From: Macrostomum hystrix
Taxonomy: Eukaryota > Animalia > Platyhelminthes
Reading direction: 5' to 3'
NCBI GenBank assembly: GCA_950097015.1
Contig: CATNEN010000014.1
Location: 1,364,001-1,428,000 of the forward strand
Length of the DNA stretch: 64,000 bases
In this document: one piece after another, positions 1 to 13,142 of the stretch
How positions within the stretch are numbered: position 1 is the stretch's first letter
Layout of the letters: the number at the start of each line of letters is the position of its first letter
The notes under the pieces: generated by a model
Databases searched by the model: none
Told to the model about the DNA's origin: nothing
Seen by the model: only the letters and a program-made list of their open reading frames with translations
Position numbers and translations under genes: made by a program

Positions 1-3000
1 CTTCAGATAGGCAGTCAATTCCGGTTTGAAAGCTACCGCGAACTCGGCGCCGGTGATGGTGGAGCAGTGCTGCATGGAGCAGTTCCTGGCCATACTCAAA
101 TCAAAGCTCTCAGGCCCTGGACGCTGCAAGAAGAGGACATTGCTGCCAGACTCTACCGAGTATTTCGGCATGCCGATCTTCTCCGCATCGCCGGGGCTCA
201 CGGTGGCGCGGCACACGATGCGATGCGAGAAATCCCTGCCCATGGACGATTCGCGCGGCGGGACACTGTCAATCGTTATGTTGATGGTTCGCCTGCCCGG
301 CACTGACGTCACCGTGTCAACAATGACAGGCTGGCGCGGACTAAACAGCGAGTTGAATTCGTTCAACTGCAGCTCCTTCCACGCAGAGGCTTCACGAACA
401 ACCGATGTTGAGAACACGGCACTGGCAACCACCTGGTCCAAGTTGCTAAAAAATGTGGTGCAGTTGTAAGACATGGACTCGCCTTCCATTGCGTAGATCC
501 TGGGCGGCAGGTTGCCGGATACTACACTGGAGCTTTGAAATGGCTTATAGCTGAAATGTGGCATGCTGACAATATGTACATTGAATGTGAAGCTAACACC
601 ACCGGCCTCGCAAGTGTACTGGCCAGAGTGACTGTTGTCCACGGTCTCCGTGAACTCAATGACATTGCCAGTCTTTGAGACTAGAATGCCGTCAACATTT
701 GACCAACGGTATGGCGACCATGCCACTAACGTCCGTCGATTATTGTCTTTGCTGATGTGCGTAAATTTGTAGGTCGTCAGGGGGTCGGTGCAGATGATCG
801 GGCAGACAAGAGGCGTGGCGTCCATGCCAGAGAAGATAAAAATAGGATCATTGCTCAGGTTGGCCGGCAGCTTGCAACTGGCATTTGTGCCCTGCCTGGT
901 GTACATCACTTTATCTTTAGATATCCTCTCTTTGACAGCAAAATCGCGGTCATAGGGCCTTACAGAACCGGAGAACGAGAGTGTGGTGCAGATTCTGATT
1001 GCAGAGGAAGACATGTTATCAAAGATGCTAGCAACGATGCTGCTGAGGCCGAAGGTTGCATAGTGCAGCTCGCCAGTGGCTAGATTCAAGTACATATGCT
1101 TCAGCAGCTGCAGTCCTTTTTCTTCCAGCTTTGAGTAATAATTGACAAACATAGCGGTAGTTGTCATATAGCGCATCTGGCTCGCACAGGGCCCTGCGTC
1201 AAAACTGAGCACTGCACCAATGTTGATTTTTGACCTGAGAAAGGCTGGTGCTGACTTAAGCGCACTAACAATGCTTTGATCAATAAATTTCACGGTGCCA
1301 AAATCTGATGCCATCCTGAAATTTATCAAGAATTCATATGCTTCTGGAGTGAGGAATCTCAGCATGGCATTTGAGCCAGACACCGGTTCGCTGTTCCAGT
1401 CTCCCAGGGGGTCCAGGCTCCACACGAAGACGCTATTGGACTGGAACTTCAAATCCGGCTGCCCAGACACGCGGACCTGCACGGAGAGCTCTAGCTTCTT
1501 CCTAAAGACATCAACCGACGGCAATGAAGAAGGCTCAAGAATGAATTTGAATGCGTTCGGCTTGCCTTTAACTGGCTGCAAGGAGAATGGGATCGGGGTG
1601 TCTTCACACTGCAGCTCGCGACCGGTCACGGCTGACAAGTCAAGATCGAGCTCGTCGTTGGTATATGGGCACTTGTACTTGAGAACAGCTGAGTAGCCTA
1701 TCTGCTGGTTTCTTTTGCCAACAAGAGTAATGTTGATTGTAAATCTTTGCTTCGGCATCAGAATGGCGAACATGTTGGGTCCGCCAACCTCCCACACATC
1801 ATCCCAGGAGAGGAGGATCTTGCCAGTCTGTGAATAACTGAAGCGCACATTCTCGGAGTCAGCATGTAGGTCTGGCTGGTTTTTCTGCGCAGCACCAGGC
1901 ACGTGCGCTAGAGGCATCGCATTGCCCTGAACGAAGAGAATGACATGGTTGAATTTACCAAAACTGGGGATATAAGGTAACTATAGATCTGGAAGTGGGA
2001 TATAAGGTGAATATAGAACTGGAAGTGGGATATCAGGTGAATATAGAACTGGAAGTAGGATATCAGGTGAATATAGAACTGCAAGTGGGGATATCAGCAG
2101 GGACCAGCTGTGCCGAACATCCCGGCGCATCATTCCAAGAAACTGTAAAAGGCGCACCTGGAAGTCGATGCTCAGGACGATTGACTGCAGACTGCTGGTC
2201 ACATCAAAGTCAGTTGAGTAGAAGCAGCGAGGATCGGCCCTGCAGTCTTTGTCACCGGCAGCTACGTTCTTAGAACCGTACCTGTCTTTGTGCATCCGAA
2301 GGTTCGCCAGGTCGGCGAGGCTGACGGAGCCGGGCCGGTAGCGGAGGTTGAAAACAGGCGTGAGGGTTTTGCGCTTCTGCAGCTCGGCAAGAACTTTCTC
2401 GTCCGAGGTTGGGAGGACCTGTCGGGCGGTGAAGAGTCGGTAAAGTCGCGAGTGAGTGAGGGCGGGAAATAACGGGTCCATTAAATTTTATTTCCGACAG
2501 CGCACCTTAAATGACAGTCGATTTGTGTTGCTATCGAATAAGATTTCGGACACGCCTGGCTGGTTGATGATGGCTAGGTCAGTGAGGTAGACATTGTCAA
2601 TCTTGAACATGGCGACCACTTCGACGTCGAATTGCTTCAGATAGGCAGTCAATTCCGGTTTGAAAGCTACCGCGAACTCGGCGCCGGTGATGGTGGAGCA
2701 GTGCTGCATGGAGCAGTTCCTGGCCATACTCAAATCAAAGCTCTCAGGCCCTGGACGCTGCAAGAAGAGGACATTGCTGCCAGACTCTACCGAGTATTTC
2801 GGCATGCCGATCTTCTCCGCATCGCCGGGGCTCACGGTGGCGCGGCACACGATGCGATGCGAGAAATCCCTGCCCATGGACGATTCGCGCGGCGGGACAC
2901 TGTCAATCGTTATGTTGATGGTTCGCCTGCCCGGCACTGACGTCACCGTGTCAACAATGACAGGCTGGCGCGGACTAAACAGCGAGTTGAATTCGTTCAA

Positions 3001-4599
3001 CTGCAGCTCCTTCCACGCAGAGGCTTCACGAACAACCGATGTTGAGAACACGGCACTGGCAACCACCTGGTCCAAGTTGCTAAAAAATGTGGTGCAGTTG
3101 TAAGACATGGACTCGCCTTCCATTGCGTAGATCCTGGGCGGCAGGTTGCCGGATACTACACTGGAGCTTTGAAATGGCTTATAGCTGAAATGTGGCATGC
3201 TGACAATATGTACATTGAATGTGAAGCTAACACCACCGGCCTCGCAAGTGTACTGGCCAGAGTGACTGTTGTCCACGGTCTCCGTGAACTCAATGACATT
3301 GCCAGTCTTTGAGACTAGAATGCCGTCAACATTTGACCAACGGTATGGCGACCATGCCACTAACGTCCGTCGATTATTGTCTTTGCTGATGTGCGTAAAT
3401 TTGTAGGTCGTCAGGGGGTCGGTGCAGATGATCGGGCAGACAAGAGGCGTGGCGTCCATGCCAGAGAAGATAAAAATAGGATCATTGCTCAGGTTGGCCG
3501 GCAGCTTGCAACCGGCATTTGTGCCCTGCCTGGTGTACATCACTTCATCTTTGGATATCCTCTCTTTGACAGCAAAATTGCGGTCGTAGGGCCTTACATA
3601 ACCGGAGAACGACAGTTTGGCGCAGATGTTGAATTCAAAGAAAAAATTCTTACGAAAGCTGCTAGCAAAGGTGCGGCTGAGGCCGTAGGCTGCATAGTGC
3701 AGCTCGCCAGTGGCTAGATTCAAGTGCATATGCTTCAGCAGCTGCAGTCTTTGTTCGTCCAGCTTTGAATTATAATTGACAATCGTGGCGGTTCTTGCCC
3801 AATCATAGAACGGGTAATCACAGCCCACATCGTCAAATATGAGCACTGCACCAATGTTGATTTTTGACCTGAGAAAGGCTGGTGCCGACTTAAGCGCACT
3901 AACAATGCTTTGATCAATGAATTTCACGGTGCCAAAATCTGATGCCATCCTGAAATTTATCAAGAATTCATATGCTTCTGGAGTGAGGAATCTCAGCATG
4001 GCATTTGAGCCAGACACCGGTTCGCTGTTCCAGTTTCCCAGGGGCTCCAGGCTCCATACAAAGACGCTATTGGACTGGAGCTTCAAATCCGGCTGCCCAG
4101 ACACGCGGACCTGCACGGAGAGCTCTAGCTTCTTCCTAAAGACATCAACCGACGGCAATGAAGAAGGCCCAAGAATGAATTTGAATGCGTTCGGCTTGCC
4201 TTCAACTGGCTGCAAGGAGAATGGGATCATTGTGTTTTCACACTGCAGCTCGCGACCAGTCACGGCTGACAAGTCAAGATCGAGCCCGGCGCTGGTATCC
4301 GGGCACTTGTACTTGAGAACAGCTGAGTAGCCTATCTGCTGGTTTCTTTTGCCAACAAGAGAAATGTTGATTGTAAAGCTTTGCTTCGGCTTCAGAATGG
4401 CGAACATGTTGGGTCCGCCAACCTCCCACACATCATCCCAGGAGAGGAGGATCTTGCCAGTCTGTGAATAACTGAATCGCACGTTCTCGGTGTCAACATC
4501 CTTGGACACTACAAAGCTGGCGCATGCCAGCCAGAGCAACAGAATGCTTTGGGAAAGCATGGGCTGCAACAAATGAACTTCTGTAATTAGGCTTAACAT
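1..4599 (-). CDS. Large secreted/membrane Ig-superfamily-like protein built of tandem ~772-aa modules (3' end beyond the window's left edge). Exons 4560(4599)-2506, 2418-2158, 1926-<1
   Basis: ORF 2488..4599 has a signal-peptide-like start (MLSQSILLLWLACASFVVS, ATG at 4560) and an Ig-like motif (C...AWS...HSGQYTCEAG). Sequence 1-~1860 repeats 2635-~4494 (offset 2634 = 878 codons) and is open in the same frame when translated by hand. The two in-frame stops (TAA 2488-2490, TAG 1981-1983) each fall in a phase-0 GT-AG intron: AAG|GTGCGC 2505...2419 cgacag|GTC, and CAG|GTGCGC 2157...1927 tcattctcttcgttcag|GGC. Confidence 0.75.
1966..2098. repeat. 30-bp minisatellite (~4 copies) inside the predicted intron
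   Basis: Repeated unit atatagaactggaagtgggatatcaggtga. Confidence 0.9.
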
Positions 4600-5992
4600 T
4601 CATTGTTCTACAGTATTACACAGGTGGTAATTGGAATGCATTAAAAAAATAATTACTCAGATTATAATAAAAGAGTCAATGAGCTCATTGCAAAAAATAG
4701 AATTGGAATTTAAATAAGCCAACAGCTGATGGCTTTTTGAGTATCACTAGATTAAAAGAGAAACTCGAAGAGAAAGAAATACCGTAAAAATGAATTTAGA
4801 ACAAATTAACAACTGATAAATTATTACATACATTTTCTATAAACAAAGATTCTGTATAATCTTGGAAGGCTATAACGCTACTGCAATACTCCATGAAAAT
4901 TAAAAAAGTTACATTTTCTAGCAAAAAATTTTTAGGGATGTGGCCTACAGCTTAATTGATATAGTTGGTCATATATGATAATATATTCAAACAGGGACTA
5001 TACATTGACACATGTAACATTCGAACATTAATCAAATATTTGCAATTACCCGAGAAGACTAAATTTTGAATCTAGGAGCCCATGAGACTAGCTTCATTTA
5101 ATTGTAAAATGATTGATGAGCCAATATGAACTTAATTGTTTATTGATAATAGGTACAAAAGTACAAATAGGACAGCAATGAAACAACAACATACTAAATG
5201 CAGTGGTGTTTTATGCACATAAATATACGAGTATTTTTAGTCGAATTATATTAATAGATTTTAAATTTATAATCAGGTGATGTTTTGTGTTTAAGCTTGG
5301 GAAAAAAAATTGAAATTTAGAGTTTTAGTTCATATCTTTAAGGTTATGGAAAGGTGCAATTCGATTATTTAAATAATATGACTGTAATTTTGAAATTGAT
5401 TATTACTAGCTTATAGGGAGCAGATTTCTTTTATAACAGTGGATCTGTTGATTTGACTATGAGTGGATTTTCTTAGATATTTAAATGCAAATATGTTATC
5501 CTATATAATCAGATATCTTATGTAGTAAACATAGTTTACCAGCAACTTGAACTGATTCGGTACAGAAGCAGATTCTGACGCATCGAATGACTGGAAGAAT
5601 TCATCTTGTAAAAAGGCAAGGGTCTTCCTGCTGCCAGATTATCCCAAAGCCGCTTTGAGCTTTTGGAAAAGTGCAACTCGATTATTTAAATAATATGACT
5701 GTAAATGTACTTGTACATCAAAGCTGCGGACTGTGAAGTGATTTAAGATCTGATAAAAAATGAGATAAAATCATAGCAATATTGACAAAATACTTCAGCT
5801 TTGGGGCAATCAACACCTTAGAGAGAAGTCTGCTAAAATAGACTGGAATACAATTTACCATATTTTGGAAAGTAAGGAAACTTTGTTGGTTATTATTTCT
5901 TTTTCTCATTCCCCACTTACTTTTCTGATCTACATTTTTACCTTCTCTCATTCATGACTTATTCTCCCTTGTCATAGATATCGTTTTGCCTC

Positions 5993-6290
5993 AAAAGAGA
6001 AGAAAAGCAGAGAGAGAGAAGTGATAGATAATGAAGAAGACAGAAATAACAGAGAGAGTAGAAAAGAAGAAAAAACAAAAAGCAAAAGAGAAGGAGAAAA
6101 AGCTGAGTAGAAGAGACAGAGAATAAAACAGCGAGAGAGAAGAAGAGAAGAAAAGCAGAGGGAGATAATTGAGAAGAATAATTAAATGAAGGAAAACAGA
6201 AAAATAGTAGAAGAGAAAGAAAGTGGAAGTAAAGGAGAAGAAAGTCAAAGAGTTAAGGAGAATAAAAAGAAAGAAGTAAAAAAGAAGAGT
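5993..6290. repeat. Purine-rich (A/G) low-complexity tract
   Basis: Almost entirely A/G on the + strand (gaagaaaagcagagagagag...). Confidence 0.85.
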
Positions 6291-6312
6291 TTTTGCCATC
6301 CACATGAGTTCC

Positions 6313-6920
6313 TCACTCACTATCGGTCTCTTGGTCCCAGATGATGAGTTTTTCAGCGAGATCGTTGTTTCTCAGACCATGGCAGAACCGAGCTCTGATC
6401 AGGGACTTTGCTTCAGTGAGCGAGAGACACGCCAATCTGGTGTAGGACACTAGTCTGTCAAAGACTGACATAGACTTATTGCTGGTCTGGGCTGCGGCTT
6501 CCTGTTCCACATATTCTTTGTCCTTCTTTGTCCGTCAGTGTACCTATCCTTGAGCACACCGAGAGCAGTCTCAAAAGGCGTCTGGTCGCCGGTGAATGAT
6601 CAGGTATGACACCAGTTGGGCCTCCCAGGAGTCGAACTTCATTTTCGGCTGATAAGCCGGTGGAGGGCGGAGCTTAGTCATATCCGACGGCGACGGCGAC
6701 GGCGAGGAATGAGAGGATTGGGTGGACTGGCAAGGTGCTCCTCCAGCATCCTATGAAGGATGCCAAGGTCTGGGCGAGCATGACCCGCTTGTTAAAACAA
6801 GGGGCAGCGGCGGTAGCTTCACCAGCATGCTCTGGGAATTTGGATTCGGTGGATGCCGACACTGCGGCGTTTTCACCGCCCGGTGGCGCCATGACCTGGT
6901 TTTCCCCGTTGTCTGACATG
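6313..6920 (-). pseudogene. Degenerate Ty3/Gypsy-type gag remnant
   Basis: Frameshifted peptides RPPPAYQPKMKFDSWEAQLVSYL and LIRARFCHGLRNNDLAEKLI resemble retrotransposon gag motifs. They lie downstream (minus strand) of the PBS at 7482-7497. Confidence 0.6.
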
Positions 6921-7481
6921 GTGTCGCAACGTCAGACAGCAAGAGCAACCACAGGGAGAGGCCTGTGTCAGGCAATTGGAACAGAATGGAGTGAAAGCAG
7001 AATCAAGCTAAATCGAAGTGATGCCGAGGATTGCGGGGGGTGTAGGGCGAGATGGCGAGGGAAGGTGAGTTTAATACTTGCCTGACTGGGGCAAACCACA
7101 CAAATCCTCCTACAGGGGAGAATCCTATCACGAAAATCCCTAAGCTAACAGTCAGGCGATAGTCCCTGCAAATAATTTTACACAGCGGGACAACCTGGCA
7201 ATGCGGAATAGCTCAACGACTTGTCGACAGCTGACGGTGACCGGACTGCTCGCTCGGCGCGGTACACTCGCTCGCCACGGATCTTCGGACCGGGGCCGGA
7301 CTCTTTAAGAGTCACGCAGTCGAGCCCACCTCGATGTAGCATACCCGAAACCCACGGGCTCAACTCCTCCAGAGTCACGCAGTCGAGCCCACACTATGAT
7401 GCGGCAACAGCGGTGCTCACACCCATGGCACGATGATGGCCGCTGGTCTCGCAGTTGGAAGCCGACAGTGCAGAGCAGAGC

Positions 7482-7497
7482 CTCGGTGGGACCTCCA
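7482..7497 (-). promoter_or_regulatory. Primer-binding site complementary to the tRNA-Gln 3' end
   Basis: Plus-strand ctcggtgggacctcca equals the 3' end of eukaryotic tRNA-Gln plus CCA. On the minus strand it reads TGGAGGTCCCACCGAG, 7 nt after the LTR terminal CA. Confidence 0.8.
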
Positions 7498-7504
7498 AAA
7501 TTTA

Positions 7505-8148
7505 TGTGACGATGAGTTCCGGCTGTGCTGGATTGGCAATGGCAAATTGACTTACCATTTATACCGTTATAACAGAGATATAACTTTTCTACAGCACTAA
7601 GTAAAGTGCTGTAGCGGTATCTCTAAGTTTGTATTTGTAGATTTCATTTGCTCTGCTGGTGACGATATTGTATTTGTACACGGCGAACAAGGTCGGGTTG
7701 CAACGCAGATGGGGGGCGTGACTGGTCAATGAATGGCAGTGGCATTAGTAGACGAACAGATCGTTGCAATGATGGATTTACAGATAGTGGCAGTGGTGGA
7801 CTAACAAATAGTAGCTATTGTGACTAACTCAGGAGAACAGGTGGCGAGTCTTGGCAGGCAGAGCAGCGCAGTGCGAAGCGGCAGTGGAAGAGCTCGCTCG
7901 GGCGGGGATCGGCAATAAATAGGCCGGCGCAAATTTTAACAAAATGTATACTGCAGTGCGGGATTGGCTAGAAAATGAACAGCCAGTTGAACTTTGCAGA
8001 TGAGCGTGGACGATTGGCATGAGCGATTGGCTGAGAAGAAAGTAATCATCACGGGTGGCGCAAGGGACTCAATGTACGTTGACGTCTACTTCCAGTAGCA
8101 ATCTAAGAAGTAAACGGAATTGCAAAAATTGGGATAGCTAGCGTTACA
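7505..8148 (-). mobile_element. 5' LTR (~644 bp) of a truncated LTR retrotransposon
   Basis: Minus-strand termini TGTAACG...CGTCACA (TG...CA with an imperfect terminal inverted repeat), directly followed by the PBS and the gag remnant. No second LTR seen in the window. Confidence 0.7.
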
Positions 8149-8399
8149 TTAATTTAAATTTCATAGCGCCTACTGCAGGAAGTGACAACGTCACGTTAAG
8201 AAAAATATGTACCTCAGTTAAGGCATTATTTGAGCAAATTATATAGTATATTATGATATAGTATAGTATACACTATTACAAAGTTGTTTAAGATACTGCA
8301 AGCGGAGTTATAAAAATACGAGCGTAATATCTTTTCAAAATAAATAAATTTATTTATAATAAAGCCTATAAATAAATAAATATATAAATAAGACGTACG

Positions 8400-8450
8400 A
8401 GTATGACTCGAACCTGGGCCACTCTCAACACAGGCAGACACCGCTGAGTT
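8400..8450 (-). repeat. Degenerate tRNA-derived SINE-like head fragment
   Basis: Minus strand ctcagcggtgtctgcc...ggttcgagtc contains partial A-box and B-box-like motifs. Confidence 0.35.
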
Positions 8451-9595
8451 TCAGAAGTTGTTAGCATTAACTGCGACATCCGCATATTAGTATGCAATTC
8501 TCAATAGAAACTTCCTCTTTAGCATCAATTTAGCATCAAGACACGAGTTATTTTGCATTGGCGACACATGTATATATCTAACAGCCTTAGTGGCACGTTT
8601 TTTGGAAATTAGACACTTAAACGCACATTTAAACATCACTTTCACGTCTATACGACTGATCTAACGAAATCTAGAGCCAGAAGTTGTGCCATTTTACTAA
8701 AAACTATACCGTTTTTTTCTGTAGAGTTAAGTAAAGTTATATTTGTCCTAGCACTTTCACGTACGTGATAGTTCAGCTATTTGAGCATCGAATAAAAAAA
8801 TCTCAAAAATCGTTGCGCAAAAAAATAATTCGACTTTAAAACTTCTACCCCCTGTTTTGTACATTTTATATGTCACATGTGAAAAGTACCTGTTAGAAAT
8901 GGTCATCTACTCAAGTGCTTGGCGTCGTTGGAAAGACCATTTGACACCAAACTCGAAATAATTGGGTCCCTTTTCTATAAAAGCGTAACACAACGTCTGT
9001 TTAAGAAGAGAGACCCTCGCCTCAAATTTATCCGGATTTTGAGTCGCTGCTCAGCCACCGTTCGATTTGAAGACTAAAAAGTGTACTCGATTGTGCTACC
9101 ATGTGTTTGACACTAGGCTATGAAGGTCCCATGTCAGCAGCTGAGGGAGTGACTGAACGAGGGCTGAGGAATATGGACATACTATGCTACATAAGGATAT
9201 ACTATGCTACATAACTTACTAGATATAATTGTTTTTCTATAATTTTAGCAACCGTGGTCAGTTTGATGTTTTTATTCCAGCAACGCGCTTCAGTTTCTCA
9301 AATATCAGACGTTTTGTGATTCAATAGAGTATATACTAAGCAATCGTCCGCACTTGAAATTGAAAAGCACTTTAAAAAGGAAAATAATAGTGTTCGCTAC
9401 TGGTACTACGCGTTCGCCAGTGGAGTTGCACTGTCTATGGCACAAACGCTGCAGAATTTATGCTCTTAGCCTCGGCAGGCAGTCGTACAAACTTCTTTTG
9501 TTGCACTCGCTCTGAAGTTTCGTTTGTATGCGCAGAGCAGTAATTCTGCGAACATGGAATAGCGAACATAATAGCACTGTCCCTAGACAGTGCCT

Positions 9596-9998
9596 GAGAT
9601 CTGGCACTAGAACTCAGATCTGACACTAGAACTCAGATCTGACACTAGAACTCAGATCTGACACTAGACCTCAGTTCTGACACTAGAACTCAGATCTGAC
9701 ACTAGAACTCAGATCTGACACTAGAACTCAGATCTGACACTAGACCTCAGATCTGACACTAGAACTCAGATCTGACACTAGAACTCAGATCTGACACTAG
9801 AACTCAGATCTGACACTAGAACTCAGATCTGACACTAGAACTCAGATCTGACACTAGACCTCAGATCTGACACTAGACCTCAGATCTGACACTAGAACTC
9901 AGATCTGACACTAGAACTCAGATCTGACACTAGAACTCAGATCTGACACTAGACCTCAGATCTGACACTAGAACTCAGATCTGACACTAGAACTCAGA
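9596..9998. repeat. 19-bp minisatellite (~21 copies)
   Basis: Unit actagaactcagatctgac. Confidence 0.95.
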
Positions 9999-10159
9999 CG
10001 GAAATTACCGTTCACTAATTACTTGTCATGCCTATAGTTTGTAGATTGAGAGCTTCCTGGACACTTACGTTTTCACATACCTGAGAAACCGAACACTCTT
10101 ACTGGAAGTCTCGGCCAAGTTCACACCGCATGACAATTGTGCTGCGAGGGTCGCAAACC

Positions 10160-10860
10160 CTACGATAATTCATGCTTTATGCAACTCCGAGGATAAATCA
10201 TGCTTCCTCCTCGATAAATCATGCTTTATGCAACTCCGAGGATAAATCATGCTTCCTCCTCGATAAATCATGCTTCTCTCTTGATAATTCGTGCTTTCCC
10301 CCGATAATTCATGCTGTCCCCCGATAATTCATGCGACCCTCTCAAATATTCATGCTTATCCTTCGATAATTTTGGCAACCGCTTTGATAGTTTATGACTT
10401 CCCCTCAATAATTCATGCTTCCCATAGATAACTTCTGCTATTCAGTCGATAATTCATGCTTCCCATAGATAACTTCTGCTATTCAGTCGATAATTCATGC
10501 TTCGTCATGGTCCCTCGACAAAGCATGCTACCCTCTCGACAAATCTTGCTACCCCTCGATAATTTATGCTACCCCCACTATAAATCATGCTACTCTCAAC
10601 ATTTGATGAAGTTCCCTCAAAAGTAAAAGTTTGCTGTTCGCTCGATTATGCATGAAACAACCTTAAGTAATCAAGCTATTCTTGAAGTAAATAACGCTCT
10701 GAAGCCTGGAGTACAAAAATAATTTAAATTTTCAACCATAATTTTATACTTATCTTTTCTTGAGATATCTCCTTAATAAATCGTGCTGTCTCCCTGATAT
10801 TTCATGCTTCCCCTTAATAGTTCATGCTACCCCCTTGATAATTCATACCTTAATAATAAT
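10160..10860. repeat. Degenerate ~21-bp repeat family (gataattcatgct..ccc); related copy at ~21830-21970
   Basis: Recurrent gataa(a/t)tcatgct motif. The segment gatatttcatgct...ccccttgataattcatac is shared with 21850-21890. Confidence 0.7.
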
Positions 10861-11505
10861 TGCAGGAGGGCTGTGGGCTATTGCACATCATTTGGTGGCA
10901 CTAGACCCTCAGCCAGCGGGAGGCAATTCTGCCCATTTCGCTGACTCATGAGCACAAACGCACACAGATACTGTACACAGGCATACACTCACACAGGTGT
11001 GTACATCTGCCCTGACTTTCTCATCGCCAGGCAGTGTACAATTAACTGTGCCTTGGAGGTTGGCCCTCAAGGGCTTAAATTGCACGACAAGCCCCCCAGC
11101 CTTCTCTCCGTGGCTGCGCCCAAAATAAATGTGGCCTCGCCGTGGAATCAAACTTAGGGACCGTGGTGCAAGAGGCAAACGCGATAACCGCTCTTCCACC
11201 GACCCCCGTTTACTTAAGTAAGTTGAGACGGTCTATTTGAGTAGGCTGAGACTCTTCATTTCAGTATTTCCCTGCAATCTTTATGAATATTAGGTTTTAT
11301 TCATTCAGGGATCACCTGACGGGCACTGCCATTTTGTGAGCCGATGGTCACCAGGGGCTAGCGAAATGTGCGGTTCCTCCGCCTCCTCGCTGCGTCTGCC
11401 GGTCGGGCGCACCCTGCAGCTCAGTCAAGAACGGCAGGCTGCGACTAACTCTCTAGCTGAAGGACAGCTGACTAAACTATAAGTTTCAGTAAACATTTAA
11501 TTTTT
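10855..11505 (-). mobile_element. tRNA-derived SINE-like repeat (tRNA-like segment 11132-11207, ATT-repeat tail near 10855) plus ~300 bp of shared upstream sequence
   Basis: Minus strand ggtggaagagcgg (A-box-like)...aagtttgattcc (B-box-like). Homologous copies at 14913-15305 (inverted), 22648-22845 and 46600-46662. Confidence 0.65.
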
Positions 11506-13142
11506 AATTAATTAAAAACAGGAATCCGTATGTGAAAAGACAAAAAACAGTCACGCAGCTGGAGTTCGCGTAAAAGGCTGCATTCCTTATCTCAATTTCT
11601 ATTTACAAAAGAGAATGCTGCATTGAAAGGCACAGTTTTTAGAAAGATATTTTTGCATGCGTTAAGCAAAAAATCAATATAAAATTATTTTACTCGAATA
11701 GCTGGTGGAGTCTTCAACAGAAATTTAGATAGAAGTCGAAGTGAAAAAAACTTACTGAAGTCAGTTTGCGCATTTAACAGGACTAGGCAGCCCACACATG
11801 TAAAATTCGGCATTCCTTGCCTTTAATTTCTGTTTACAAAATAATGCTGCTTTTTATGAATAGTGAAAATAAAAAAAGAAATTTTCTTGCATACGTTAAG
11901 CAAATAATCAAGCAACCAAGCAACATAGGGATTCCTACCCAAAACAATTTTTAGGAAACTTTAAAACCTGTCTGGTACTTATGCCAGCTCTACTCAGCAC
12001 TCTCTTTTCACTTCTCTCGCGTGTCGGAAAAGACAAGAAACATTTTGAGAGGAGAGTGTTGGGCGCGAATAGGAATAATATCCCTCGCGGCCGGTAGAGA
12101 AGGCAATGGATGGTCTTGAATTGGGTGGGCGAACTTTGATGGCATATTAGCACGGTGTTTTAAATTGCGCTTCACGGTAAAATCTGAATTGAAAATGCAG
12201 TCATAATTTTCGGGTAACTTTTTCCGCAAATTTCCGAAAAGTTTTGTTTCTTCAGGGCTTTCACTTTTAAGAAAGAGAACGAAATTCGCTCGTTCTTTTT
12301 TAACAGTCGCCACCAGCTCAAAATATCAAATATCAAAATATAACCAGCTCACAACAAAGAGCAGTGTTGTCTATGGAGAAACTTAACTTGTGGCTACACA
12401 AAAATCAGTGCTGGAATGCTGCTGCGGCATTCCTGCACCCCATGGAACGAATGTATTTAATCATAAAGAAACATAGAACAAGAATAAAATTGCAAAGTGA
12501 CGATAAATTCAAAGTAGTAACGCTCAGGTCACTTGAGTCTGCATGAAGTCAATATTGGAGCGTAGTAGACTGCATCACATATCACTCAAATGCAAACTCC
12601 ACTACGTTGCGTTCGCCGATAGCTATACGATCTTCATGCGCTTTGTTAAGGCAGTAGAAACCGTCACAGTGGATCAGTGGATGCGCCGGCGCTTGGCGCT
12701 GTTGTAATGACAGGCTGGTTACCAGTAGAAACCGCGGTGTCAAAGCAGTCTCACTGCCACCGAACTACACGTTGTCGCTGCAGTCAGTCAGGGCACGTGA
12801 ACAACCGTTGTGAAACCGCTTACAGAGCAGTAGTTCAAGTGAATTAGTGGAGGTGCTATGGTGGAGTTAATAATTTGTTAGGCGAGCGTATTGATAAGTA
12901 ACTTCTTAACTAGATGTGCATAGCTGTGTCAACACCACAGGCGAAAGTGCGAATTTATAAATAGATTACATCACAGCTTTTCTCGCCCGTTCGTGTGTGT
13001 GTGTTTGATTTGAACACGTATAATGTACATGGCAGACTTCAATTCAATGATAAATTGCTAAATGCCAGCGAGACATATACTCCTTCCTTAATTACTACAA
13101 CTTATATAAACCATCCAATTTTGTTTCCATTTCAATCGGTAA

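Noticed and set aside
2488-2490. Nonsense mutation, pseudogene or stop read-through in the Ig-like gene
   Set aside because: Both in-frame stops fall in plausible phase-0 GT-AG introns, so splicing is the simpler explanation.
26-4330. Plus-strand ORFs (26..469, 757..1083, 1295..1696, 2660..3103, 3391..3717, 3917..4330)
   Set aside because: Antisense shadows of the long minus-strand ORF with no recognisable motifs.
5991-6320. Phe/Leu/Ser-rich membrane protein ORF
   Set aside because: Translation of a low-complexity purine tract.
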